This document shows, in pieces, positions 47,434 through 59,057 of a DNA stretch of 64,000 bases. The position numbers and the translations under genes are program-made. Location: positions 12,321,832 through 12,385,831 of the forward strand of contig CAJINV010000001.1 in assembly GCA_905178155.1 (NCBI GenBank), written 5' to 3'. Positions within the stretch are counted from its first letter, which is position 1. Each line of letters opens with the position of its first letter. The stretch is from Amoebophrya sp. A120 (Eukaryota > Protista > Dinoflagellata). Below the pieces are notes generated by a model that saw only the letters and a program-made list of their open reading frames with translations, was not told the origin of the DNA and searched no databases.

Positions 47434-50400
47434 ATGTCGAACGACGACTTAAGATTTGATCTGGAAGATCTGGATCAGGCGAAGGTACACATCGTTGACC
47501 ACCAGGGAGTTCCTTTTGACACGAAACCCGACGCCGAGTATTGCCCCGAGCGGTGGAGGATATTGGCGGATCCTTGGGCCTTCGTCAATGTGACGAGTCA
47601 CGGATGGAAGGAGGTAGGAGGTGGCTCTTGTTGACTTTTTTGACGGCACGAGGGAAGAAAAGCATACGATTCCTGTCATCTCATCACAAGAAACAAAGTG
47701 GCTCATCTCCCTGGGTAGGCAGGGCAGGCATGAAACAATGAATTATCGGCTTTCTGTCCCTTTTCACGTCAACTTCTATCCCCGAAAACCGAAAGGTGCG
47801 GTGTATTCTGTGCGACAAGCGGGCTGACAACGACCACCTACCGAGCAAAGGGCACCGAAGAAATCTGGAACAGGCAAGTCATGATGAGGCGAAGGAGCAA
47901 TATCGGAGAGCCTTGCAGGAGGGCCGGATCCCCTTTCCGCAAGACGGAGTAAACTACAGAGACAAAAGCACCGGCGCGGTAGTGCGCTCCGGAGCGCCGA
48001 ATAGCATCGGTCCGGAAGATCCCGCGCCATACAGAAGTTGTGCAGCTGCCGGGGACGATTCTTATGCCTCCTCCTCGCTGCGACCTCTCTCTCCTCCTCC
48101 CGCGAGTACTGCCGGCCACGGAGGCTCGGGAACTGCGACTGGTAGGTCAACAACGGGGTCACCTCCACACCAGCCAGACAAAGATGACTACGATGCTGGA
48201 GCCTCTTACTACTCGAACGACCGGGACTGGGATGGTGCGGAGAGTGTGTACACGACCTCCGAGGCCACTGACTACAGCCGTAGCTGCGCTACCTCGACAT
48301 CATCGGCCAGGGGATCGTCGATGTACGGATCAGCTTCTGAAATGGCCGCGGTCCGCAATGTGACGACATCCAGAATGAGCTCGGCTGCTCACGCGGCGAG
48401 CAATCATCGCCTCCCCACAATCAACGAAGAAGAACCTCCGTCCTCTCCGGACCTGTACAAGTTGCAGCCAATCGATCGATTTTGCCGGCCCATCCCGCGG
48501 CGCTGCTGGAAGTACGACGGGGAGGAAATTAAAGAGGGCGAAGCAACCTTTTTGCTCGAACTTTACAACAATCCCCAGTATTACGAGCTCACAGCAAACC
48601 CCGGCTGGGTGGGGTTGCGGTGCGCGCTCTGCTTCTCGCAATTCGGCCGGCCGTCCAACATCACCGCGGAGCACACGCCTGTGTCTAATCTACACACCCG
48701 CGGCCTTCGGGGGTACCAGGCTGAGACGATGGCCCTGCAAGCAATTTGCCCGGCGAAGGACGCAGAGCTTAGGCGAAAATGTTCCGAGCTGCCCCCACCG
48801 TTGCGGCCCGAGCAAATCACAGAAGGGATCCACGTGCCTGAAGGTTTTAGCAAATGGGGCGAAATTCCGCGGGTAGAGTTCATTTTTCTCTTTGCGCGAG
48901 CAGTCTTTCGGATAGACCATAGAAGATAACCATAAGTAGGCAACTCTAAAACTATGATGCGACGTCTGTGCAGGAGGTAGTGTTTCGTTACGTTGCCATA
49001 CCGCCCACCGTTTTTCAATGATTATACGCCAGTCAGTAACTCTTACAACAGCAAGCGGGATTGTCTGCAACTATGCTTGAGAAGTACGCAGAGAGCGCGC
49101 CCGCTTCAGAAGTTTCTCCATCTAGTGCTCCTTCAGCTGTAAGTAGCGATGCCGATGCTACGGCTTCGACATAAGCCTCTCGTCGATCGGTCCAGCAGCG
49201 CTCCAACGTTTCGGTGGCCGCATTTCCTGCTGCAGCTTCCTCGATCTTTTCAAGAGCATCGGCTTCCGCTATGTCGTCCGGCACGATTGCGACACAGTAT
49301 GTCTTCGGCGCTGCGCGAGTCAATGCAAGGCAGACAGGAACTGGTATTTCAACCAGTCTCTTCATGTTCATTCTGAGGATCTGAGTTGTGAACTTGGAGT
49401 CATGTTCTTATGAAGCCGCGCTAGCCGCACTTTTGATAAATGGATCCATCCATTGTTGTATTCACGATCACGACTACAAGGTTCCTGTACATCAAGCACC
49501 ACTGCTAGCAGTGCCACTCGGACAGCCGAGCTCTTGCAACAAGAGTGCACTAACGCGAAAAGCAAATGCGCTGACCTTGAGGCCGAAGTGGAGCGGCTTC
49601 GCCTGGAAAGCGCAACAGTGAAAGAGCGGCTTGCCAATGCTGAAAAGGCACAGGATGCCGCAATCAAAGACCGGGATGCCGCCATTGAGGAGCGGAAGGC
49701 CCTGCGTGCGGAAATGGCCGCCTGCGAATCCGCGCGACAAAAGCTGGCTAGGCGAGTGGAGGAGCTCGATCGGGAAAAGGATAAGCTAGAAAGACGGCGG
49801 GATCGCTATCGCGAAAAGTACCGGACGGAAAAAGCGGAGGCAGATAAGTACCACGACGCCTACTGGAAGCAAAAAGAAAAAGCGAATAAGTACTACGACG
49901 CCGCCAGAAAACTACATCGGGATCTGTATTTTCTTGCTCGTAATCTGAGCCTGAGGCAGATACAGATATTAAGTGTCGTTTCAAGGGCTTTTAAGGAATT
50001 ATGAATCAGCGCCAGCTGCAAAAAATTATAAACGATATTTGCACTTCGGTTGAATCTGACTATCGTATCCGATGCCAGGTACAAAAGCGGCAAATCTGCG
50101 AACAAGACGAAGCACGCGCATGGTAGTGTTAGCTCCCCCTCAGAGTCGTCGAGCAGCTCAAATTCCAGCTACAGTACTTCCCAAAAGAACAAGAACGAAA
50201 AGCTGAAGAAGTCCTCCTGCAGTGACGGTCCTTCCTCTTCCGTCCAAAAGAAGCAACACGACCAGAATGGAGATGAGATTATAAGGAAGACACAGATGTT
50301 GAATACCTCTTCCTCGTTGTTGTCATGTCGTGACAAGAACGCAACACGATCGCCAGCTGAAAAGTCATCCGGCACAAAAGCACCTGCTGGAGCTACGCTT

Positions 50401-50610
50401 GTGACTCCAGAAACTACCGCCGCCTGCAGCAGCACATCGTGTTCTCCTGACGACGCTGAAAAGAAAGGACACGAGTATCATCACTCCAAGGCGAGTCCTG
50501 GCCGCATGGGCTCCAGCACCAACGATGACTCTTGGTCTTGGTGGGAGAGCGATTACAACTACGGCCGATGGAGCTCACGTTCTTACGAACACAATAGAAC
50601 TGCCAAGTAA
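47434..50610 (+). CDS. Hypothetical multi-exon protein with C2H2-like zinc fingers and coiled coil
   Basis: GT-AG intron 47615-47795 gives WKE|VRCILCDKRADNDHLPSKGH; second CALC...H...H; heptad-rich region 49520-49920; downstream junctions approximate. Confidence 0.55.
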
Positions 50611-51098
50611 AGCCACTTGAATATCACGTCAATTTTCAAGACCATTAGCGCACGAGACGAGTCCCTTTCATTCCAAATAGCGCAAGCAAATCAAACTTTT
50701 TGACACAATTCTTTTTCGGTTCTAGCGCTTCCTTAAAGAACTCATTCTTCTACTGTTTATGACGCTGATTCTTACCTCCATCGATATCGAAAAAGAGCAA
50801 CAACGATGCAACACGATGACCTCCTCGGAAAGAGTCTGTTTGCAGCTTTCGTTTTCGTTTACACCCCGACACGAGTCAGGAGTAGAGAAGTGCGATTTCT
50901 TTGTCAATCGAAGCACAAAGCAATGATTGTTGACAAGAGAGAACTCATGAGGGCCCTAATATCGTGAAGGAAAAGCAAAGAGGAGCTGTCGTTTCGGTGC
51001 CCTAGCCCTGAGGGAACTTCGTACAAATGCAAATATCACTTCTTTTCTCTTTTGAGTTTAGCCTTGCATTTGTGACCTATAGTTCTTGATAAGAAGTG

Positions 51099-53959
51099 AT
51101 GCCCGCTGCTCAAGCCACTATCACGATCATCAGCGATGATCATGATCCAGACGGACCGTCAGATAGACCACTACTTACTCGTCCCGAATCCGCTTCAGCA
51201 GTGAATGGCGCCGTGCAAAAGTCGCCCCGGACGTGCTTCGCAGGCTGGGCAGACCTACAGGTGGGAGACAAAGCGAGAAGGTCACAGCGGTGGTCTTTCC
51301 GCTACCTTTCGGTCGGCAACGGCATCCTCGAGATTCTTCGACCACGAAGGAAAAAAAGCAAAAACGCTGCAGTTCGCCAACGCCTCGTCTTGGAAGAGGT
51401 ACTTACGTATGCTTTTGGAAGGCTTTTCCGCTCACGTTGAGAAACGCACACGCAATTCAGTCTTTGTAGTCAATTAATCACGTGTCTGCCCGCCTACTGA
51501 AGTCAGACTAGATCTAGATGAAAACTTTGCTATTGATTCCTTCTCCCCCACAACCCCAGCGCCTGCTCCTGGTGAACCTCCACAAGGCTCGCACCGTCCC
51601 CGGGAGCGAGGGAAAGCGTGAGGTCCGGTTGTCCTTTTATCCCCGCGCAGCGTCGTCTTCGCGACGCACCGAAGTGTTCCTGCGGGTCGCGGAGCCGGAG
51701 TTTGAGTCTGCGTTTGTCAGCAATGGGCTGTGGTTGGAAGCACTATCGGCTGCCAAGAACGAAGTCAGGAACCGTGTCGACAGCATCGAATTTGACGAGG
51801 GTGCAACTTTAGTTCGTCCTCTGGAATTACGCGCCTTCGCTCCGTCAGCTGCAGATCCACTGCTGGGACGAGGAGAGAATCTTTCGTCCACTAGCGATAG
51901 CAACGCCGACTCTTGCAAAGCTTCTCGGTTGCCACATGAAGAAGATTCTTCCGGAAGCGCAGGTAGGAGTACATCCAGCAAGATGCCGACGCGGCGAGCA
52001 AAACGACCCCGAGCGTCGGTATTGGCGTCGTGCTGCTTTGTTGGAGGAGGTTCTTCTTCTTTGGAGGTGCCAGCAGAAGCAGAAGATCCGCCAGCGCGTC
52101 TCCGTTCGAAGGAGTCGTCGTCTTCCAGCTCGTCCGCGTTGACTTCTCGTAATTCGGATGCGACCCCAACGTCACGGTCTCGGTCTCCCACTTTTTTATC
52201 AGATGTTCGTTCTGGAGCAGGTCAAATGAAGCTTTCATCTTCCGCCCCCGAACAACAGGGTTCTTTTACCACGAAGCTGCAGCTGAAAGCTGGCCACAAA
52301 ATCAAGCTTCTCGACATCGCCGCGCTGAACGTGAACAATCGCCCAGCAAGCGCGATGGCGACGTCGGATTTGCAGTTGCAAAACCAAACCCACAGCGCTC
52401 TTGCTCGCAGCCCCGATAGCAACGGCGCGTTGTTGTCCGACGGTTGCATCGCTGTGTTGAGTGGCGAGTTCGGAGTCATCGGGTTTGTGACGCGCACCGC
52501 CCTTCTGGAATCTGTCTCAGACGCAAGCGTCGTCTATCACAGCGCCATGCTTCTGCTACCCGCGAGTGGTAGTCGTCGAAGTAAAGCAGTAGTGCAGGAC
52601 CCTCATGATGTTGCTGCAGTTGAAAAATCTACCGTGTCGACGCAGAATGTCAACGCTGCTGCAGATTGTTCGTCATCCGCCTACAAAGACGAGCTAGAAG
52701 AAGCAACCTGCATCAACAACTCATCTCGCGCGGGACCGAAACGTTATGTGCAGGCTCCAGCAGTAGACAGGTTCATCTCGCTAGCGGACCAATCGGACGA
52801 TCTCCTACCCGTGATCGCGGAAGATGCCGAGCCTGAGGCGCTGAATCATAGCCAGAAAAAACCGGCATCAGTGCTTGACACTTACGGACCGGAGCCGGTC
52901 TTATCTGAAAAGGACGAAAAGCATGATCGCTACGCGGACGACGAAGAAGCGGGAGCGGGAGAAGACGTCTCGACGGCTTCGCGTGAGGAAAACCACTCCA
53001 ACAGTCACTCCGTCTCGGCTCCGTCCTGTTTCGAAGACCCGCTTCTTGCGTCGCCCGGTCTCGAGTCTGCAAGTTCGAGTTCTAGTACCTGCTTTCTCGC
53101 CGACGGGGTCGTGCAGCACTTTAGTACACTCGCGCAACCGCCCTTTGCCGATGCCGTGCGGCTCTGCAGCTTCAGAAACACATCCTCGGAAACGATAACG
53201 CCACCGAAGCAGGCCGAGCATGTTGCTGGAAAAAGTACTTCTAAACTTCCGATTGTACTACTTTCCTCGTCCTCTACCAGCTCCTGTGTGAGCACAGTTC
53301 GAGTCGCAGGACCTCGAGGATGTGCCACAAAAGCAGAATCACCACCGCCAGTGTTTGGTTCCGCAATGAGACAGCACGGAGCCCTTTTTTCGCCTCAACA
53401 TAGCACGACCCTAGCAGTCACACCAGTTTCAACAAAAACGACAACGAAAAATCTTCACGAAGGGCCTGGTAACCAGCAGGATTCGACGCCCAATGAAGTG
53501 TCGGCAGAACATCAGACTCCGGTTATCTGGCCCACTCCATCTGAAGTAGCAATCGACGACTTTTCCGGTTCCTCCTGGCCCAGTCTGACACCTCCCTCGA
53601 AACTAAGCGAAAAACCGAGACTGGTGCCATGTACGAATGCCGATCTGCTGAACAGCTCAGGTTGCAGTGACGTTACGTGGCCGCAAGTCACACCCGCAGA
53701 ACTTTTCGGAGAGTGGCCGACAGAAGATCCAAGCGCGAGACCTGAAGAACAGGGTACTACAGACGACATCAGGAAGACACCACACCGAGCGAGACCTTCT
53801 TGTGCGCGCACCAGCAGCGACAGCGCAGACAACATTTCGTGGCCGTCGGTTTCAGCACCCAACACCCCCGCGCAGCCACGTCTGTTGTGTACTAGGGGCA
53901 CATCACCGGACCTCGATTTCATCCGGCTTGCGCTCGTCTCGCCAAATCCATTTTCGTGA
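51099..53959 (+). CDS. PH-like domain protein with long S-rich tail; intron 51399-51559
   Basis: FAGWADLQ...RWSFRYLSVGNGILEI ... EVFLRVAE...WLEALSAA follows the PH-domain pattern; phase-0 GT-AG intron. Confidence 0.65.
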
Positions 53960-54882
53960 ATTTTGTGACACCGGGTAGATACAGTTAGTTCCAGTGACTA
54001 CGGGTAATTCTAGTTCTTCTGTTGGTGGTCGCCATAGCCCAGCCATGATCATCCATGAATAAAGTAGCAATGGCGTTTCTAGTTACTTACTTCTGTGTGT
54101 GGTTCTTGGCTCGCTGTTTCGATCAAAAAAATGAACCTGTTTCCCAGGCACCGAACTCGGCCAATCTTGTTTCTGTATCAAACGCACGCACGTTGTACCA
54201 TCTTGGAATTCACTTTTTGCACATACAAGCATGGATCATCACAAGCTGTGTGCTTGCCAACACTTTTCACCAACTTCGGACGATCAATGTGTCAAATTTA
54301 TGTCCAGCTAATTCCAAGCAATGGCTGAACAAAGAGACTCCTGCTGGACGCTGACTGCTCATGTTCAAAGATATCTCGGGCAGGACATTCTGTTTGTTTT
54401 TTTCATTGTTCATCTCGAGTCAGTTTATTGTGATTGTCTGTCGTTTTTTCTGTCGCTTCGAAGCAAGCCGAAACAAATGTTTTTTCTGACAAGGGTTGAG
54501 GTGCAGATGGAGGCGACATGATTGGATAATGCAAGCAATGTGTCCCCTTCGATGAACATGAAATATGTGATGTGACTTAGACTTACCTTGTTTTGAAGGA
54601 ACTATTTCTTGCTTCTCGATTGCAGTTCCACAGCGAAATAAGTGCAGCAGCTCGGACGAGTCAAATCGAAAAAACAAGAAAAGATGTTTTTCTGGTACTC
54701 ACACGAATAGTAGCCTAAATCTGAAACAATTGGACTCATGCGTTCTTTATGGCTTCTTCGCATAAGTACCAGCACAGCACCATGCTTTCTGAGTGTAAGT
54801 TTCAACTGATCAACATTCCGTTGTGTTGCTCCTCGATGTTCTATCTTGTTCTGTAAGGAATAAGTCTATTGTCCGAAGCAGA

Positions 54883-56866
54883 ATGGCGGCACAGCACATG
54901 CAAAATTGGTGTATCCGTGACTTGAAGGGCGAGACTTTGACGGCAGCACAAAAAGCCGATCCCGCACTACGCAAGCAGTATTTGTCTTGCTGCCGGTGCC
55001 GGCAATGCTACCAGACCGATGTGGTCCGAGCGTGGTGCGAAGCAAATGGCAACGGCGAGAAGAACGATTTTCAAACCCTCTCTCACCACGCGTTCACGGT
55101 CGGGGACTGGGTGTGCCCGAGATGTCGCTTGCAACTTTTGGACCCCTTCTTCGTCACGGAACCTCGGCCGCTGACGGCCGTGCGGCAGATCGCGCGGCGC
55201 AAGGACCAAATGGTTGTGAACCCGCTAGACAAGTCCGAAGGCCCCCGGGTCCGCACCCAATTCACCATTTCTACTGATTTCCATCAAATACGCAATCGCG
55301 GCCTCCAGATGCACCTCCGCAGCGTCCGGTGCGACCACTGGGACTTCACCGGTGCTTACTGGGCCAACGTCGTGCAGGTCACTGTTAACGAGAATACCCT
55401 GGTGAAGGCGAAGAGCGACCACTACAAGGCGAAAAAGCCGGACGAGACGATTTCCAAGCCCCAATACGGACACATCCGGAAGGAGGTGCCCCACCTGGAC
55501 CTGCTTCCCTTCCTCCCACCGGAAGTATTCAAACCGAAAACGGTCCGCCAGGTAACCATCAGCGTGACCTGCGAACTCGCGGTCGAACGGCAGGAGGACG
55601 GGCCGCCACCCACCGCGTTCGCGCTCGGTGTTTACTTGGTGCGGGAGGTGCCCATTCCGGAGCTGAAGCAGAAGGTGTTGATCACGATGGAGGGCCTCGG
55701 GAAGACCCAAGACATGCACCACCGGGTTTCCCGGTACTACCGTCGATTGAAGGCATTGAGCGACGAGGTCGAGGTGGTGCACGAATCCGTCGACGCGGAG
55801 ACGAATTGCGTCTCTCTGACTTGTCCGCTGAGCGCCTTACCGATTCAACTGCCGGTGTACGGGCAGTACTGCGAACACCTGCAATCGTTCGATTTCTACA
55901 CGTTCCTGGACCTGCAGATGAAGACGCCGATGGCGAAACGGTGGCGGTGCCCGATTTGCAACCATCGCTGCCGCCCCTTCGACCTGCGCTACTGCCAGTA
56001 CACGAAAAGCGTGCTGGAGAAGGCCACGTACGACCCGACGAAAGACCGCGAAGACGGGCTGAGTTGTGTGTCTGGCTCGACCGCGGAACTGCAGGCGGAG
56101 CTGGTGAGCGTTCGCGCGGAAGCAGGACTACTTACAGGGAACAAACATCCCACGAGTGGGTGTACTAGCTCTTCATCCTCCTCCAGCAATAATCACAAAA
56201 ACGCGGCCAGCAACATCGTCGAAATGGTGGTCCCCGGCGTGCCCGACCCCCGCGAAGCCGCGATCAGAAAATTGCTGCAAGAAAGGGCCGCACAAGCAGC
56301 ACAGGGCGATGACTCCGAGTTGGAGGACGAGCCGGAGTTACTGTTCGAAATATCCAGGAAAAAACACCCATCCCCATCCAATTTGTCATGCAAAACATGC
56401 ATAATTTGCAGTGTTTCTCATGCAAAAAATGGATGGGAATGCATGGGTGTTTTTTCCTGGATACGAAAAGGCGATCTTCTACGAAAACGGGACTTTTACA
56501 TTCGACTACGAGGCGGTGCAGCGGGAAGAGCGGGAGAAAAAGTTCGGAAAAGTCTGCGACGTCGAGATGATCGACGGTACGCCCACGCCCAGAGCAGCAC
56601 AAAAGCAGGAAAAGAACGCGAAAGAAGAAGAAGCCTCAGCCTCCTCCGGATCCAAAAAGGTGATGCAAGGAGCTTTTGTGTCGTCGCGCCCGAAGAGCGC
56701 AGTTGAGAGCGCGGTCGGGGGCAGTAGGAGCAACAAGCGGCCAAGCAACGAGAATCAGAATACTAAAACGACGACTCTGATTACCCTAAGCAGCGACGAC
56801 GAGGACGAGCTGGTGATCTTGTCTTCCAAGCGGGCCCCGGGCCCACAGAGAAACATGAGAAAATAG
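54883..56866 (+). CDS. PIAS/SIZ-type E3 SUMO ligase (PHD-like finger plus SP-RING/MIZ); introner at 56351-56463
   Basis: VCPRCRLQLLDPF; VSLTCPLSALPIQLPVYGQYCEHLQSFD...WRCPIC; C-terminal SIM-like LITLSSDDED is reached only after introner excision (LFE|KAIFYENGTF). Confidence 0.88.
56351..56463. mobile_element. Introner/MITE family F (113 bp), TSD CGAAA
   Basis: TATCCAGGAAAAAACACCCAT ... ATGGGTGTTTTTTCCTGGATA (21-bp perfect TIR); CGAAA at 56346-56350 and 56464-56468. Confidence 0.93.
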
Positions 56867-58241
56867 AGGAGAAAAGTTGTTAGTGGCAGAGCGAAGCAGA
56901 AGTACTTCAGAATTGCTACACATGTAATTCCATCAGCCGTGTGGAACCAAGCGCCGTCCTGGTCCTTTATTCAATGTCCTCTCCAATTCAAATTCACGTT
57001 TTTTGAGTTTTTCTTTTTTTAAGTGTATCAACAATGAATGTGGTGTTACTAGTGTGTGACTAGCGGTCGAATTCCAGGCAGAAAGCCAGCGTCTCTCTGT
57101 CATAGTCAGTCCTTGTAAACGCAAAACCCGGCCTCGCTCGTCTTAGTCTTTTCCAAGTGCCGTGTGAATCTGCGTGCGCCGGTCCTGGTGTCTTCATAGT
57201 GTCTTCGCACCTGTGCGCAGTGCAAAGCCGAAAAAATGTCAAACTGAATTCCACCGCGTCGGATCCGGTGTCTTCTTGATTGCGAGCGAACCGATCTTTG
57301 ATGCAACCGTGACGGTAACCAACTGGTTCTGTGTGTATTGAAAAATGGTCACCATTTTCGAGAAGCTGTGTTTTGGTTCAGAAACCATCGCAAGGAAGTT
57401 GTAGATCGCGCGCTATCAGTATCGTCCCAAAGGCGAGGAAAGAGATTCTGAAGACTCCTGCTGTCGTCATTTCCTGTCGTTTTTTCGTGCACATGGCGTC
57501 TTGATCCGCCTGGCGCTCCTTTGATGAAGGTCCTAATCGTTGGCCTTTTGTCCTATCCATGCATGGATGGATGGTGAGTATTCACAACTTTCCACTTCTG
57601 CATAGAATTCGCTCGCTTCCAACAGCAGCAAAGACACAGGGCGAAGAAATAAGTTCATAGATGTGTTTAGTGGCTACAACATGTCGATCTGTTGTTCGAA
57701 AGTGTTTGCGCCAAATAGCTGCACCGTATGAGTGCAGTCTCTTATCGCGCTTCTGTTTGTTATTTCTGTAAAACAGAAAAAGCCCACAGCAGCTAGCCAT
57801 ATCGTAAGTAGTTGGATTTACATTTACCACTTAGAATGTAAAGCGAAAAAAACCCATCTAATCTTCTGCCAGCCGTGACAATGCGCCAGTCATTTTCCAC
57901 CTCCGCGATCGACGCAGAGACCTCGCGAAGAGGCTTCGACCGCGCAATGGCGCGCAGTACCAGGGAGACTCTGCAGGGCGCGGACACATACTACAACATC
58001 AGGCCGAGGGAGCAGCAGCAGTATTCTTTTCCTTGGTTCTGACTCTGAGCCGCGGCCTTCCTTTTTTCTTTTCCGCTCAGCCTCAGTCTCGTTTTCTCAT
58101 ACAACATAGGCATGACGCAAAAACCCTCAGCATGAGGCGAGTTGAGTATCGTCCGACATCGACTTTGATGTAACTCATACTCCCTACAGGTACTACAGGA
58201 CACACTATGGCGATGCGAAAGTCGACGGCTGGCTGAAACAG

Positions 58242-58712
58242 ATGCAGGAAGTGGAGGGCGCGCTTCTTGCTTCGGAGATGGGGAAACTGAGCGTGGACGA
58301 GAACAAGCAGCACAGCAGCAAAACAACGCAGGACGCCGCAAATGCGCAGCAGCCAAAGCCAGCAGCCGCGACCACGAGTAACGCCTATGCCGAAAAGATG
58401 CGCGTGTACATGCAGCAGCGAAAAGACCAGGAAGCGGAAAAGAAGAAAACGCAGGAAGCTGCCGCGAACAAACAAGCCAGCAACGAGCAGAAGAACGCGG
58501 AGCCGGCAAAAAAACCGGAAGAAGATGTCTCGTGGGGTGCTGGTGGCGACGACTCTTGGTGGGGTTATTCTACAACAGCAGCGGGGTGGGGCGACAACGC
58601 TCCAGGTTCATCTTCATCAGGCGCTGCTCCGGCTGCGGACGCCAGCGGGGAGTGGGACTGGTGGGGTAGTGCGGGAGACTGGTCCTCTGGTACTGGTTGG
58701 GCGGGAGCATGA
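58242..58712 (+). CDS. Small hypothetical protein (charged region plus Trp/Gly-rich tail); may have upstream exons
   Basis: 156-aa ORF with coding-like composition; ATG immediately preceded by CAG. Confidence 0.5.
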   Translation: MQEVEGALLASEMGKLSVDENKQHSSKTTQDAANAQQPKPAAATTSNAYAEKMRVYMQQRKDQEAEKKKTQEAAANKQASNEQKNAEPAKKPEEDVSWGAGGDDSWWGYSTTAAGWGDNAPGSSSSGAAPAADASGEWDWWGSAGDWSSGTGWAGA

Positions 58713-59057
58713 AAAGACTAAACTTTCACCTTGCTCATCGTATACGAATATATCAAAAAGTCATCATTGACTCGTGTTTTCGTTTTCGATTTAGTCTGAA
58801 TCTCAAAAGCGCACAACTGAAAGTGCAAAAATTAGGGAGCCATCACCACAAGACGATAGCCCAGCTCCTGCCTGTTCCTTGACTTTATCTCGTCTCATCG
58901 GTTCCAGTCGGTCGGAGGTAGCAAGGGGTGGCATATCTCAATTGGTAGCAGGATCGACCTCTTCCTGTGTCGCCTATCTTCAGATTATGTATTTTCTTTT
59001 TTGCAGCGCATTGACTAGGTTAATCCTCTGCCAGCCTCGGTTCTTGAAAAAAGAAGA

